Assembly: GCA_964187785.1 (NCBI GenBank)
Contig: OZ076409.1
Coordinates: forward strand, 58,592,001-58,656,000
Length of the DNA: 64,000 nt
From: Amphiscolops sp. MND2022
Lineage: Eukaryota
Reading direction: 5' to 3'
Positions within the stretch are counted from its first letter, which is position 1, and each line of letters begins with the position of its first letter. Shown here piece after piece: positions 1-12,743 of the stretch. Under the pieces are notes generated by a model, which saw only the letters and a list, made by a program, of their open reading frames with translations, was not told the origin of the DNA and made no database searches. A program made the position numbers and the translations under genes.

Positions 1-1729
1 TATTGAACCATCCTCCTCAGACTTTCAGAACTAAGATTTTGTCCGAACAAAAAAACATTGGTTCCGAATCACATTGATAGGTTGATTGACAGTTCAAGCT
101 CAAAAATCTGATTTACTGCAAGGTTTACACTTGTTTGTCGTTGATTAGTGTCAATCTGCTGTTGAGCCTGTTTTGCAAACATCGAGTTTAGCTATAGACT
201 CTTTTTAGGGATTACGTAAGAATTGAGTGTGTTGACTTGATCGCACTCTATGATTTCTACGTAACGTGAGAGGACGCTTTCGAGCAACAGTCTGCATGTC
301 ATCATTGCAACTGCTCTTTGCAATCTTCCGAAGGAATCTTGAGTCAAAGAAAGTTCTGCGAGCAAAGCTTATTGAAGTCAAGACGCTACTTTAATTCAAA
401 ACTCCTTTCGATTCCTAATGTTATTGAATCAACCGTTCGATTCTAAATAATATTACATAGCCATTCCATATTAAATATTTTTTACACTTTTTCGATTCTG
501 GATATCTCAATCCAAAGAATATTCAAAGAGTTCAAAAGTAGAATGTTCAAATGAATAGGTCAAATGTTTTGCAAGTTCATGTAGCCTTTTAACTTTCACA
601 ATATCAAAATTTTCACTTTTTTGTCACACCCTTATATCCCAAATTACAGACAAAACATTTTCTCAAATGATGAAAAATTGTGCCACTTTCTCCCCAAAGA
701 GCTACTTCGTTTCAGCTGCGTCTTTAGTTAGCGTTTTGTAGAAGAAAAGGTCGAGAACGTCTCAAGTCGAATCACCGCCTGAGGCTCAAAAATAATTATA
801 AGTCTCAATTATAATCAGGGTGACTTCTAGAAAAATCTAATAGCTTTTAGGTTGCCAAGAAGAGTCTAAAAGGCCCATCAGGCCTCAAAATTTTCATATT
901 TGTACTTCATAATTGTGTATAGATCACGCACTTACAATTCACCCGGTCGAAATGAAGACTCTGTCAAAACCTATAACAGATCACTACGCATTTAGAACAA
1001 ATTTAGTTTTACAGCCTTCCCGGATAACTATTAGGTTTTGATTATCAACTGCGCGTAAAAACTTTTATATTTTACTACAGAATAAAGTAGGCAAAAACAT
1101 GAATGAAAAGATATTGAAAGACAAACTCAACAATGCTCAAATCTTATGTCGAGAGGAAAAACCCTAAAAATGTCGAGGAACGAAAAAAGATTATCTTCCA
1201 ATCACCACATGCAGTCATTGAAAAACTCTGAGTCTGGTTGATAAACTCAAAAAACGAACGTTTGAGAAACTGTTCGTCAAACAGAAGCAAATTTGTTATG
1301 TAATCGGTCCTCCATGGTAAAGCCACATGTTGTCTGTTTGTGTTATGATATGTATAATAATAATTTATAATTAACTCTATTTTATATTCACTTTTTCATC
1401 AACTCATTTTTGACCTGAACTATATATACTGTTATCGTACCAAATATTCCGTATTTAAAACTGGGAATAATCCATTTTTAACACTTCGTAAACATGTTTA
1501 TAGGAAAAGATTTTCTGATGTGTTTCAAAAAACTAATTGGTAATTTATGAAAGTTTACCAGTTTGCTCCTATGTACCAATCGAAGACCAGTTCATTGTCG
1601 ACCAGTTTTCCGTTTTTCAATTTCGAGTAGCTTTCCTCGACGAGTTATTTTTGACTGCCTAAAGCTCATGGGCATCATTATAGGGTCCAACTAAAGAAAA
1701 TCTGAGGCTCATATGCCGGGGTTATTTCT

Positions 1730-2091
1730 AACAAGACGGGAACGGCCCAAGTCGGCGCCATATCTAAGGCTCAAAAATAGCAAAAGGACTTCAAAGTGTC
1801 AAGTATTCTCTTCTACAGTACCCGCATGAGGAAAAAATTGAAAAAAAGTCCCATTTTTTGAAGTTTTTTCAATTTTTTTGTCTCCGATAAGTCGCATAGT
1901 GCCCAAAAATGTAGAAGGGGACCTCAAAGAAGCCTAATTAACCTCTATCTCAAGTGCCAGTATAAGTAGTGTGGCATTTAGTGTTAGTTCAAGTCAGCTT
2001 ATAAAGCTTATAAAATCTGTCACTTCATTGGTCTTAAAAAAATTCACTACTATAGTCTGCGTTTTTCTACGAAAAAGCGCCGACTAAAAAA
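1730..2091 (-). mobile_element. Non-autonomous Helentron/DINE-1-like element (family A)
   Basis: Left end AACAAGACGGGAACGGCCCAAGTCGGCGCCATATCTAAGGCTC and right end AAAAGCGCCGACTAAAAA carry inverted subterminal AGTCGGCGC/GCGCCGACT. The same ends recur at 47978, 54547, 55344 and 58128. Confidence 0.7.
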
Positions 2092-2274
2092 CGCATTCGT
2101 CAACTGTTTCAAAGAATTGTTGCCGTCATAAGCTATCTGAACAGAGTTTTGTGTGCAACTTCATGACAAAAAAAACCCACCGGAGATGCTCAAAACATGC
2201 TTTATAGTATCGCCATCATTTTCGCCCCAATAATTACAGACATAGCTTTAATAGAAAGTGCAAAAAACGAACGA

Positions 2275-2479
2275 GGGATCTTTTCTGTTAATTCCCCCCA
2301 CCAATTTAATTCTCCCCCAGTTAACAGGTCAAGTGAAATTATCATTGAATTAATAGTAACAACCAGTCAAATAGCAGTATTTTATAACTCTAACTGCAAC
2401 TGAAACTCATCGCTGATAGTGGTGGGGAATTTAAATTTCCGCGCTTACTGTGGAGGGGGGGATTAACAGAAAAGATCCC
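2275..2479. mobile_element. MITE with ~25 bp terminal inverted repeats
   Basis: GGGATCTTTTCTGTTAATTCCCCCC at the left and GGGGGGGATTAACAGAAAAGATCCC at the right (first 18 bp perfect). Possible 2-bp GA target duplication. No coding capacity. Confidence 0.8.
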
Positions 2480-2959
2480 GAACAAGATTTGTCAAATTCT
2501 GTCCATGAGAATTACCATTTACCGAAATCAAAGCGTTCGAACATTTTGGTTTTACGCAGCTTTTAATATCTCGCGAAAGTGTTTAAAAAAGTGATTTCGG
2601 GATTCTAAGGAGGCTTTTTATAGGATGCTTTCAAGTTGATGAAAACGTACAACTTTAACTACACTATTTCGTGGCGAATGTATTTTGAAACCGAGAGAAA
2701 TTATAAAAGCCGGCTCCTTTGTTCAATTAAACATCAACCAAGATTAGGAGCAAAATGAATTTCAGACAATTTCTAAAATTTTTTCTCAGTATTGGACCAA
2801 AACGTTCGTTTACATTGCCGGGGTAGATTTTGTTGACAGAAGAGAGAAGAGAAGAGAAGTTAATTTCCCCATTACCGCAGGGGGGACGCCGAATAAGCAG
2901 TTCTGCTTTTGTAAGTCGGATACCATATTTGGTACTATATTTGCAGCCAAGTGGTCAAG

Positions 2960-3205
2960 TAATGGTGGACTTGAAGCTGTGGTTTCAAACTGACTTGCTC
3001 AAGGTCACAAATGTCTGACTGCTCACCGTTGCTCTTTTTTGTTTTGCTTTTCTCCGCCAAATGCGTTATTTTTTGTCATTCACCATACCACCAAGCTAGG
3101 GATGAAGGACTTGCTTAAGGTCCAACAATGGTGAGTTGAGAAAGATTCGAACCTGATACCGCCCCAGTACAGGCCGAATGCTCTAACCACTACGCCATGT
3201 TTCCC
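2960..3205 (-). mobile_element. tRNA-derived SINE
   Basis: Minus strand reads GGGAAACATGGCGTAGTGGTTAGAGC (A box) ... GGTTCGAATC (B box), then GGACCTTAAGCAAGTC and a second GTGACCTTGAGCAAGTC resembling SINE core motifs. The 3' boundary is approximate. Confidence 0.7.
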
Positions 3206-3710
3206 TACATGCTCCCCCGGTTGACAACGGGAAGTAAATATGCGAACTGTTTTGTAACCGTATCTGCTCTCGCTTTACTGACAGTTTGAAGGGTGCAACT
3301 TCAATTCATCGAACATTCAAATCGTCGAAAAATGAAAAGCTATGCAGTGCGTCGAAAGATATTCCATATCAGCGAATATTATCATTTAGTTATATTTTGT
3401 GGCGATTAGCATATTTGTTGTATGGCTCGGTCGCTTCGCTCCCTTCGCCAAGTAGCAATATTGAGGCATGGCCAAATGGCACGTCGCTCCGCTTCGCTTC
3501 GCTCCTGCATTTGGGGCACTAGGAGTATGTGAACATAGCTGACTACGTTATCGTAATATTGAATGCTCGAATTTGATTGGCCGAAATCAATTTATTCCAT
3601 TACCTCATACCAGGCGCGCCAATTCGGTCGTTTGGGTTTTTCGTGACTTTGATACTCTTTTTGCGAGTTTGATACTTTGACAGTTTTTTGACACTTTCAT
3701 GTCCTTTTGC

Positions 3711-3762
3711 TATTTTTGAGCCTTAGATATGGCGCCGACTTATGCCATTCCCGGCTTGTTTT
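3711..3762 (+). mobile_element. 3' end of a family A Helentron-like element
   Basis: TTTTTGAGCCTTAGATATGGCGCCGACTTATGCCATTCCCGGCTTGTT is the reverse complement of the family A left end. The 5' boundary was not identified. Confidence 0.6.
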
Positions 3763-5944
3763 GGCTTACATTGTGATTGATTATAGGTTATTCGCAAGTG
3801 TATGATGACTTCGGATCTGTTAGATCCTTCATTTTTATCATTTTCCCTAATAGGATTAGGATAACTTTAGCTTAAAAAAAACCTTTTTGAACCTCGGGAG
3901 TATGTAGGAAGTTGCAGGAACCTTAGGAATCGTTTTTACGTGCTTGACGGACGTGTCTTGATTTTGAGTGTACCGACACGTCGTCACGGAACGCTAAATG
4001 AGGAGTCTCCTCGTTGTTCGAAAAGTCCCCCTAGGAGACCGCTTTTGGGACAAAAACTGATGTCTAGGGTTGTAGTAGGACCATTGTCTTCTGTTGATTC
4101 AACCTAAGCATTATCTCGGCTCTAGTATGTACCGCGCTAGCTTGACGTTATACACGTTATTATAACCAGAACAGCTTCATGCGTTTTACAATTTCTTAGA
4201 GCTTGTTTGTTTCATCATAAAACAATTGCTTCGAATTTTATCAAGATGACGGCGAGTTTTAATGAAATCTTCGGCTGTCAAGACGTGATGAACGTCTGAA
4301 TAAAACCGTTCCCTCCACAATGTGAATATTTACATCAATCAAAATTATAATATGTCGGTTTGGAAATGGCACCCGTCATAGAACTCACTGCCTCCTACCT
4401 GATAGCACATGGGACTCGCTGCTAAAGTAATTTTGATTTCGATCGTTTCAAAATTATATTCCGATAGAAATTGTGGGTACTGTATCAGAGTTTTTTGCTC
4501 TTTTAAGTTACTAAAAACAACAGAGAAAAACGCAGTCTCCTTGCCATATATGTTGCTGCTTCTTTCTCACGAAGATATCAAGGAAAGGAGATCAAAATTT
4601 AGGTATTTGTTTCGGCTTCCAAAGCAGAAAAGGCTTACAGATAAACTTTGAGACAAGAAAAATTTGAGGCAGCAGAGTCAAAGTTTTCCAAACGTTGTCT
4701 GCAGTGCAAGGGCGAAATTTGCTCACACTCGACACCGGCAAGTAAACATGAGAGCAGTAGTTATGTAATTTTCAGTTTTACTTAAGTTGGAGTTGGCGAG
4801 AGAGACTACAGACTTCGCAAGCAATTCGGACGAAGTATATATAGTCACAAGGTGTGACGTATTTTTGGAAAATTGTCGGCTTTACTACGCATAAGCTTCA
4901 GACGTGAACCAAACTAAAGTTGGATAAAACTTTGAATAATTTAAAGGTTTCTGAATTTTTGGATACAAGAATCACAATAATCGCAAAATTCTTTGCATTT
5001 CTTACAAGAATCTTACAAGTTTGTAGGAGTATAGCAATTTTTGCAAGATTGGTACATTGCGCTACATTTCTTGCATGATTTTTGCGAAAATTTTGCAGAA
5101 TTTACGTCCTCCATACAAAGATTCCCACAAAACATGCGGTTGTGATTTTCCATTATTTTGACCGAAATTTCGTTCCTTTCTTCAGAATTGATCTTGTACC
5201 TTTATCTAGAATGGGGAGCGGGAGTGAATAAGTTCTAGGGAATAACGGGAAATTCTAAATGCAAAACGGGAATGACGTGTAGACACAATTTGCTCTTTGG
5301 TGGACATGCTGGATTCAACTCTTTCTCAATTGGTCAGTGGAAGTTTGAGTTTTTTTGAAAAAATGGTGTGCTTTCCTATGGATCAATTCTGATCGAACAT
5401 TGAAGTTTGTGTTTTTTATATGTTCCGTCTTTCAGACTAGTGTTTTTCACTAGAATTGTTTGGTAATAGACCTGCCAGCTTCGGCTGTTCCGCAATTACC
5501 CCGTAGAACCCGAAAAAGAATTGTTTCTTGAAGAAACGAAGACGAAATGACGTTTCTACCAAAATTTAATTTTTCGATGTATGTGATTTTATATGCTTGC
5601 TGCAACTAATACTTCAAATTAGTTTCTCCTACGACTGTTTTAGATTGAAATTTCAGAGTGAAAAAAAAGCTCAGCTTGGCATTTGAAGTGAAAAAAATGT
5701 GTTCACTGAAAATGTGCTCCAGCTATAGGGTTCCGAGGAGTAAGGGTCGTTCATCTAGAATAGTTTAGCTTCAAAATGGAGCAATGTAACATTCTCGGGT
5801 TCAGATCGTTTGTTTCGCACCTGTTTAATTTTTTTGAGACAGGAAATGCAAAGTTCAAAGTTTGTTGGAAATTTGTAAAAAATTGATGCATGATATGTAA
5901 CACGCTAATAGATTCTAAAATAATATTTTCTTATAAGATCTCAT

Positions 5945-6570
5945 ATTACGGCTCTGGCTACAGTCGCAGGCTGGGGGACTATTGATCCTTACTGTTTTAG
6001 TAGGGTTTGACAACTTAAAGACTCATTTCCAGAGGTTAGTTAGTTCCCCTCATTAAGATTTCCTCTTGTTTTAGGTTTCAGCAATTTAAGGAGTTTTCTT
6101 TGGGATTATAACGACAGACCCTTGATTTCAGAAGTAATTTCTTCTTTCAAAGACGCTCTTAGATCCTCCAAAAGGCTACCGTCGATCCTAGGTGACTTGG
6201 CTTTGGATGGACCCGCTACCAAAACGTCTTGTTCACTAGAAGCAACTCCTCCACCCGAAACAGGAGAAACTATAATTTCAATTACATTCTCGGTGCTTTC
6301 TTGGTCAGGTGATTTGTTTTTCTCTTTTGACTTCTTGAGACGTCTTGAAGAAAAGATTTCCTGTTTGATTTTTGAATTGAGGTTCAGAAGTTTCATTTAG
6401 AAAAATATACAAGTTTTGAATGAATATTATAACAAAATCCTAGATATATGTATACCCTCACAGCATCATTTGATCACGATAGCGTTTGAACTTTTCCGCG
6501 AACAATTAGTCATTACCTGTGTTTTCGTGACTAGTTTCGTTTAGATCTTCGAAATGCGTCAACGGTTTGT
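5945..6570 (-). mobile_element. Ty3/Gypsy fragment: 5' leader and gag N-terminus (second family)
   Basis: ORF 6106-6396 (LVAGPSKAKSPRIDGSLLEDLRASLKEEITSEIKGL) resembles the gag start at 16397-16621 (LVAGPCKSLRAEPENLDKIKTSLRKGILNDL). It shares the leader motif CCTAGATAT..TACC..CAGCATCATTTG. Confidence 0.6.
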
Positions 6571-9500
6571 CAATTTTGGGTCACGAAGTTATTACCTTGA
6601 TATTAGTAATCACACTTGATTACATCACTTACTTCCGGCGTCGTCTTTTTATTTTTTCTCAAGAAGCTGGCAGTAGATTTTACTCCTGCCTTTGAAACCG
6701 GAAATGATTGCTTATTTTACTGCTTTGATTCGCGGGAAATTTGACGCGTAAATAAAGCCGACGTGAACAACTAATACCTGTTTTTTGTATTTCAGCTTGA
6801 AAAATTGTGACTAACTTTCTTGATTTTGAAGGAATTGATGATGCTGAGAGAGAAAATAGCTATCGCTTTGCAAAGGGAATTTAATTAACTGGAATAATTG
6901 GAATGTATGATTGGCACCAAAATAATTGACGCGATACCATCGCTAGCCAATTTGTAGTCGTGTTAAATCTTCATCAATAGAAACACAAGAGCAACATGAA
7001 CTTTGCCCAAAATGTTCATAATACCGTTGAAAATGTTACAATACTAATTACTGCTCGGTGAGATAAGGGTTATCCTGATGCAACAACAATTGAAAGGACA
7101 ATAACATCAGAAAATTTTCTAAAGGTAATAAAGCCAGGATAAAAAATGAGGCCATGATTGGACTAGTACCGTTCTAAAATAGGTAGGTGGGAACACCCTA
7201 CAAAATACCACCTGTTCAAATTACTTCCCAACAAGGAATTAGCCGCACTTCGGACATCATTCGAGTATAAACAAGGCACCTCAACAATAATCACAGTGAG
7301 TTACTCTTTTCAAATACTGTGACTTTTGTTTCTGAGTGATTAAGACATTTCATTCGTTTTCTTTTAGTTTCTCCCGAATTTGATGAGTGTTTTTCTCTCA
7401 AGTCACAGTTTTATTTTTTATATAAAGTTCAGTAGCTAATGTACATTTTCGCTAGTTCTGCCGCACATCCATGGCCTTGCCTGATTCCGAACTTTGTGCA
7501 GACACAAGCAAGTGCGGGCTTGGACTGTGACATCTTATAAAAATTTTTGTAAGATATTTGCGAGTCTTATGATTCTTGTAACCTAGGGTTTGCTAAAAAT
7601 GCAGACCAGCCTTGTCTAAGAATAAAGTTGCTCGGTTTCGGAAGTTTTCAACAGCGTTCGCTACTGTCCTGCTCAATTGAACAGGCGAAACAACGGACAG
7701 CTTCGTTGAAATCAAAACGGCTATCTTGACTGCCCATCAAAACGTTAGCTGCCAAATGCCACTACAGATAGAGGTCTATTGGATTCAGTCACGAGCTTTG
7801 AAGGGGACACCGCATTGAAATTTTGCGACTGATGGTACTTCTCTAAATTTTATCTGATAACCAAGGCAACACTCCGTTGGTGGTGCAATGTTGAACTGAT
7901 TCCAGACTGCACGAACAACATTCCTAAAAAATTGCGTTTCAAATGAAATTAATGGAGGTAATGAAAGCTGATGTAACGTTTTTAGTCTTCAAGCAAAAGT
8001 TTAATTTTTTTCTATATTTTTGAATTGGTAGCTTTCACGTGTAAAAAAGAATTGGGCAAAATAGAAGTGTGTTTTCATTTTTTTTACAACAAACGAAAAG
8101 TTTTACATCCGGAGCAAGAGTCGAAACATGTTTTTGTTCTTTGGGTTTTTGCTTGACGATACCTGCTAAATAATATTTTGTACAATCACAAACCAGCGGT
8201 TTTCGGAAAAAAGATTTGAAACGCGACCACATTGTCTCAAATCCATGCATACCATAAAAAGAAAAAGTTTTTGGGTAATTGTCTCGTCCTGATGAAATCC
8301 TTCCATTGTCGCAAAAATGCAACATCTTTGTAAACACAAGCAGTGTTTGGTTGCTTAGTACGCTACAACAAAGTGCCAATAAAGATACGGGCGTGTATGG
8401 CGTCGATCAGTAACAGGCATCTAGCTCATCTTTTCAGGACCACCGCTTTAATAGCCTCTAAAACTGAATTTCCAATTCTTCAATTGACCGGTTGCCCAAC
8501 TAAAAATTCTGTGATTACATGACCATAAATAACCATACCACCACATCAATGTGCAACAATCATCACGACCATACAATGGTAGTCAGTCGACAAAAATCCA
8601 CATACAGATAGGGTCCACGCAAGCTGGTTCTCCACAGGCACAGGTTTGTAATGTAGGCAAGCAAACTAATTGTAACAAGGGTATCATAACTACTTTAAGC
8701 AGCATCGTTTTTTCCAAGACTTCTAGCCTTTTCCGTCTCCTCTTTTTTCTGCCCTCGACTTCTACGCAAAGTAGCCGAAGCTGCGAAATGAGCAATCCGC
8801 ACCCAATGCAACCTCATATTTCGCATTAGACCTTTTCACAAAGTTCCCAATCATTATTGTCGGTATGCTAGAGGGAGGCGTTACATACACTTCCGTGACC
8901 TCAACTATGACATCCCTGTCATTTGCGAAGTGGCCGGCATTAAATACGTCCCCACATCTTCATTGCAATCAGTGGAAATTCCAGAGTGATAATTCTGCAA
9001 AGCTACAGTGATACTGTCCACTTTTGATGATTGGACAATTAGTCGTTGCTTCTTGCAACCTATTGAGCCTGAATAATGCATCAAGTGTCAAAACCAGAGC
9101 TAGCCCTTAGAAACAATAGCTAAAAAGAAGCTCTGAAATGTGCAATTGTAAAACAAGTTAAAATCAATAATCTGTGTCGACTCAACATCATCGTTTTTGT
9201 TTTGTTTTTTTTTTGCATCCATCGTGCTTTCAATTGTCCTAGAACTGTTTTTTTGAAGGTTGGAAATTGTTTTTTGAGCTCGAAAGCTACACATCGTGCA
9301 TTTCGTTCAAAAGCCTTGTGAAAAAGGTTTCAATAAAACTTTTATTCAGAAGAAAAACCACTGGTTAGCAGGAAAAGCAGTTTGTTTTGTTTAGCGTTCG
9401 GTTTTGTTGGGACAGCACGAACTAATGTACCTCTCCAACACGGTATAAAACAATATAACATCTGGTAAGGAGCGCATCAAAAGCAAACTTCGAACTACTC

Positions 9501-11821
9501 GTGATAATAACGAGCACCGATGTATGGAAAGCATAGATAAGTCAATTTGAGTCAAGTCAAGTTGGTCACCTGGAGCCTACGGTACTCCCCTTTGTTAGGT
9601 GTGACGGTTAGAATTGTAGGAAGACACTGAATCAGGGAAGAATTGACCTGGAGTTTTTGAGGAAAAGAAAAAAAGGAACAAAAACGGCAATTTGGGAAAG
9701 CGCCGACAAAGGTCACTTTTAAAATCGATTCGAAAATCATACATCGCATGCTTTATTCGAAATGTTATGTATTCACTGAATAATTTTGTTTGATAATAAT
9801 TTTCCATCCCACACTCCAATTGAATATGCAGATTACAGTCCTGTCGAGCTATAAGTCATGGCCAATGAAGGTGGAAAATACGAATAAGTTAGATACTGTA
9901 TTTTTTCTAGATTGCTTGGAATTTGATATATAGTTTTTGTCAATTTTTCTGTAGGAGCTCTTCAGACCAATACTCAACATTTCTGAAGAACCAAGTCTCA
10001 TATACATCAGGTCAGTAAGTTGTGCGTTATTGGTAGGGTCAGACATCTTGCATGAGCCATATACCATTTTGCGTACCAAATCTGAGGAGAATCTGAAGCC
10101 ATAGACTTAGATTGTATGTATAGGTTTTACACTTTTTGCGCTTTCATTGTTCTGAACAATTGCTAGAAAAAAAAGATCCTTCGAGATTTCCTACACAACA
10201 AACCTTCTGCAACGTTACTAAAGGCATAATGAAATAAAAATTTTTCATCAAACTTTTTATTTTGAAGAGTTTTGGAAAAAGAGTAGACTCTCGTGACATA
10301 GTATTGATGTAATTTTCAATACTTTATTGAGATGCCACACCCCCTGAGAGTAAGTTTTTCTCATTCCCTTGTTTTCTGCTGAATTTGCCGCAAAGGCTGA
10401 ATTTGCCGCACAAACTTTAGTTTTTGTCAACCAGTATGGAATTAGGGGCCGCTAAATCATTAGATAGAGCTTTCTCCGGAACTGGATTTTTATTTCTGTC
10501 AGAGTTGTCCTTTTATGGTCAAATGGACCCTTCTACGTTAACTCCAGGCAAAATTGATATGATTAAAAATTCATATTGAATGCAATGTTTAAATACTTTA
10601 CAACTAAATAACCAATAAATTATTCTTTCAGAAACTGCTAAATGCGCATTAAAAATTTACGACTTGCAAGCACATTCAACAGGAAAGAAACGATAGCTCT
10701 GCGTAAACGATCAAGTGTAAAGTTTTTCAGAGTTGAAAACTAGAGTGACAATCTCAGTACTTTTAACACCTGTCCCACTCTTGTTCTGGAGAGACTTCAA
10801 AGATTTTGAGAGACAAAATCAGGTCTTCCAAAATAATCACTCACATCGCCCAAATAACGGTTATTGTTCGAAAAACAACTGGTTCGATTCGGTCATTTCG
10901 GAGGTTGCTTTTAAAAGTAGAGTTTTTAAAACGCATCTATATCAAGCATGAAATCGAGAAAAAAACTTGAATCTCATTGTTTTCACAAAGAAGAAGTTTG
11001 GCTAATATTTTCATCATAAAGATTAAATATTGTAAGTTGTTGAACGTTCAAAAATGCTGAGCAAGCGGAACTATCCAGAGCAATAATCATCCAAAAATTC
11101 ACTAATTAGGCCTACTGAAGCTTTATTTGAATGGTGAAACTTTGAATTTCATGAAACCTTCACAATAGTACATATAATTGTGTTCAATTTGACTGGACTA
11201 CTTTAAACTTCAAGTTGATAAAAAGACTATTTTGCTATGTACTTTTTTCTTGTAGCAGTGTTAGAGAGTTAACAAACTGCTGAAGGCTATGGAGATTTAC
11301 TTCCAGGAGTCTGCTTCAAAAATTTACCGGATTTATTAATAGTTTGAAAAGTGCTATAATGTTTTTTTTTGCTTCCTGGACAAAACATTTTATTCCATTT
11401 CAATTGATACAGAAATCCCAAATTAGTTTTTCAAAACCTTCCCCTAATTTGGTCCAGACTCTTCATCATAGCCAGACACTTCAGATGAACGTTGTAGCAA
11501 AGCTACGATAGAAAGGTTATGTACTGGTTTGTTTGACCAAGTTCCAAGGAGATGCTATTTTCACGGAATTTGAAGCAGCTGGAACAAATATTGAGTGGCG
11601 GTCTCCCTTGAAAGACTCTTCCAGGTGGTAAATGGATTACTTCGAACAGCGCGTCATTTCACACCAACAGCGCGTCATTTCACACAGAACAGTTGACTAT
11701 TGTTACGCAACATTTAATGAACTTCTAAACTTCAGAAACCTGAAACATCACTGTTAAAGCAATTGTTTCTATCTTCGCACAAATTATTCTGCATTATTGT
11801 GACCAAGATTTTTATCAAACA

Positions 11822-12607
11822 ATGTTATCATCATCGGCGTTTCAAGCACTCTCAAAGGTTGATCTATACCAACTCTACACTGAAGTATACAAAAAAATGG
11901 AAGAGAAAGATGAAATTATCAAGAATTATGTAATTGCATCCAGCGAGTTTTTATCCAAGGCAGTACCAAAAAAGACCACGGAGCCTACAGGTATCACCGA
12001 AACTTCTAAAAAGGTTAGATCGTTTCAAGCTTTCCATATTAAAGAAGAACAAGGAAACTTAGTCATTGGAAGCAGTCTTGTGAAAAACTTGGTAAAAGAT
12101 CAAACACCCTTGTGATATTGGAATTCATTCGTATCGAGGATCGACAACGGTTGAAAAGATTGAAATCTTGAAACAATACCCTTAAAAAAGATGAGAACTG
12201 TTATACTACAAGATGGGACAAATGCTATTCTGAAAGAAAAAGATCAGAATGAAGAACAACTATTCTCCAATTACATTGACCTGATCGAAGCAGTTGATGC
12301 CAAATTTAAACCGGACAAATTGATCCTAATGCAAGTTCCCCCAATACGACAGAGTACCCATCATGAAGCTATCAACAAACGAAAAAAATGTTTCAATGAT
12401 AATTTAACATCTTATACGAACAACTCTGAAAAATCGAACATTGATGTCTTACCTATCCACGATACAAAGATAAACCTTCCTAATTATAATAGTCTGCTGT
12501 ATGATGACATACATTTTAGTTTTCACTACGGTGTTCCTTTTTTAAAGAATTCGCTTTTGTCTTTTTTATTGAAAACATCGAATAATGTGACTACTTTCCC
12601 ACTCTAA
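11822..12607 (+). pseudogene. LINE ORF1 with SGNH/GDSL esterase-like domain (stop and frameshift)
   Basis: Coiled-coil-like N-terminus, then LVIGSSLVK (block I-like), VILQDGTN (GxN block III) and YDDIHF (DxxH block V). Split between ORFs 11822-12115 and 12191-12607. Confidence 0.75.
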
Positions 12608-12743
12608 AGTTTTTCTGGTGCGAAGCAAAACTAATTGAACAACAAATGGAAACAGAGCTATCATTATATGCAAGGAAACTATGGAACGAATTACTATTGA
12701 CCAGTAATGATGCTTTCAGGTAATTGATTCGATATAAAACTTC

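Noticed and set aside
3130..3205. tRNA gene
   Set aside because: A and B boxes are present, but the acceptor and anticodon stems pair poorly and a SINE-like core follows, so it is called a SINE.
8540..10130. Cys-rich and other minus-strand ORF fragments
   Set aside because: Possibly decayed coding sequence, but I recognised no family and the frames are broken.
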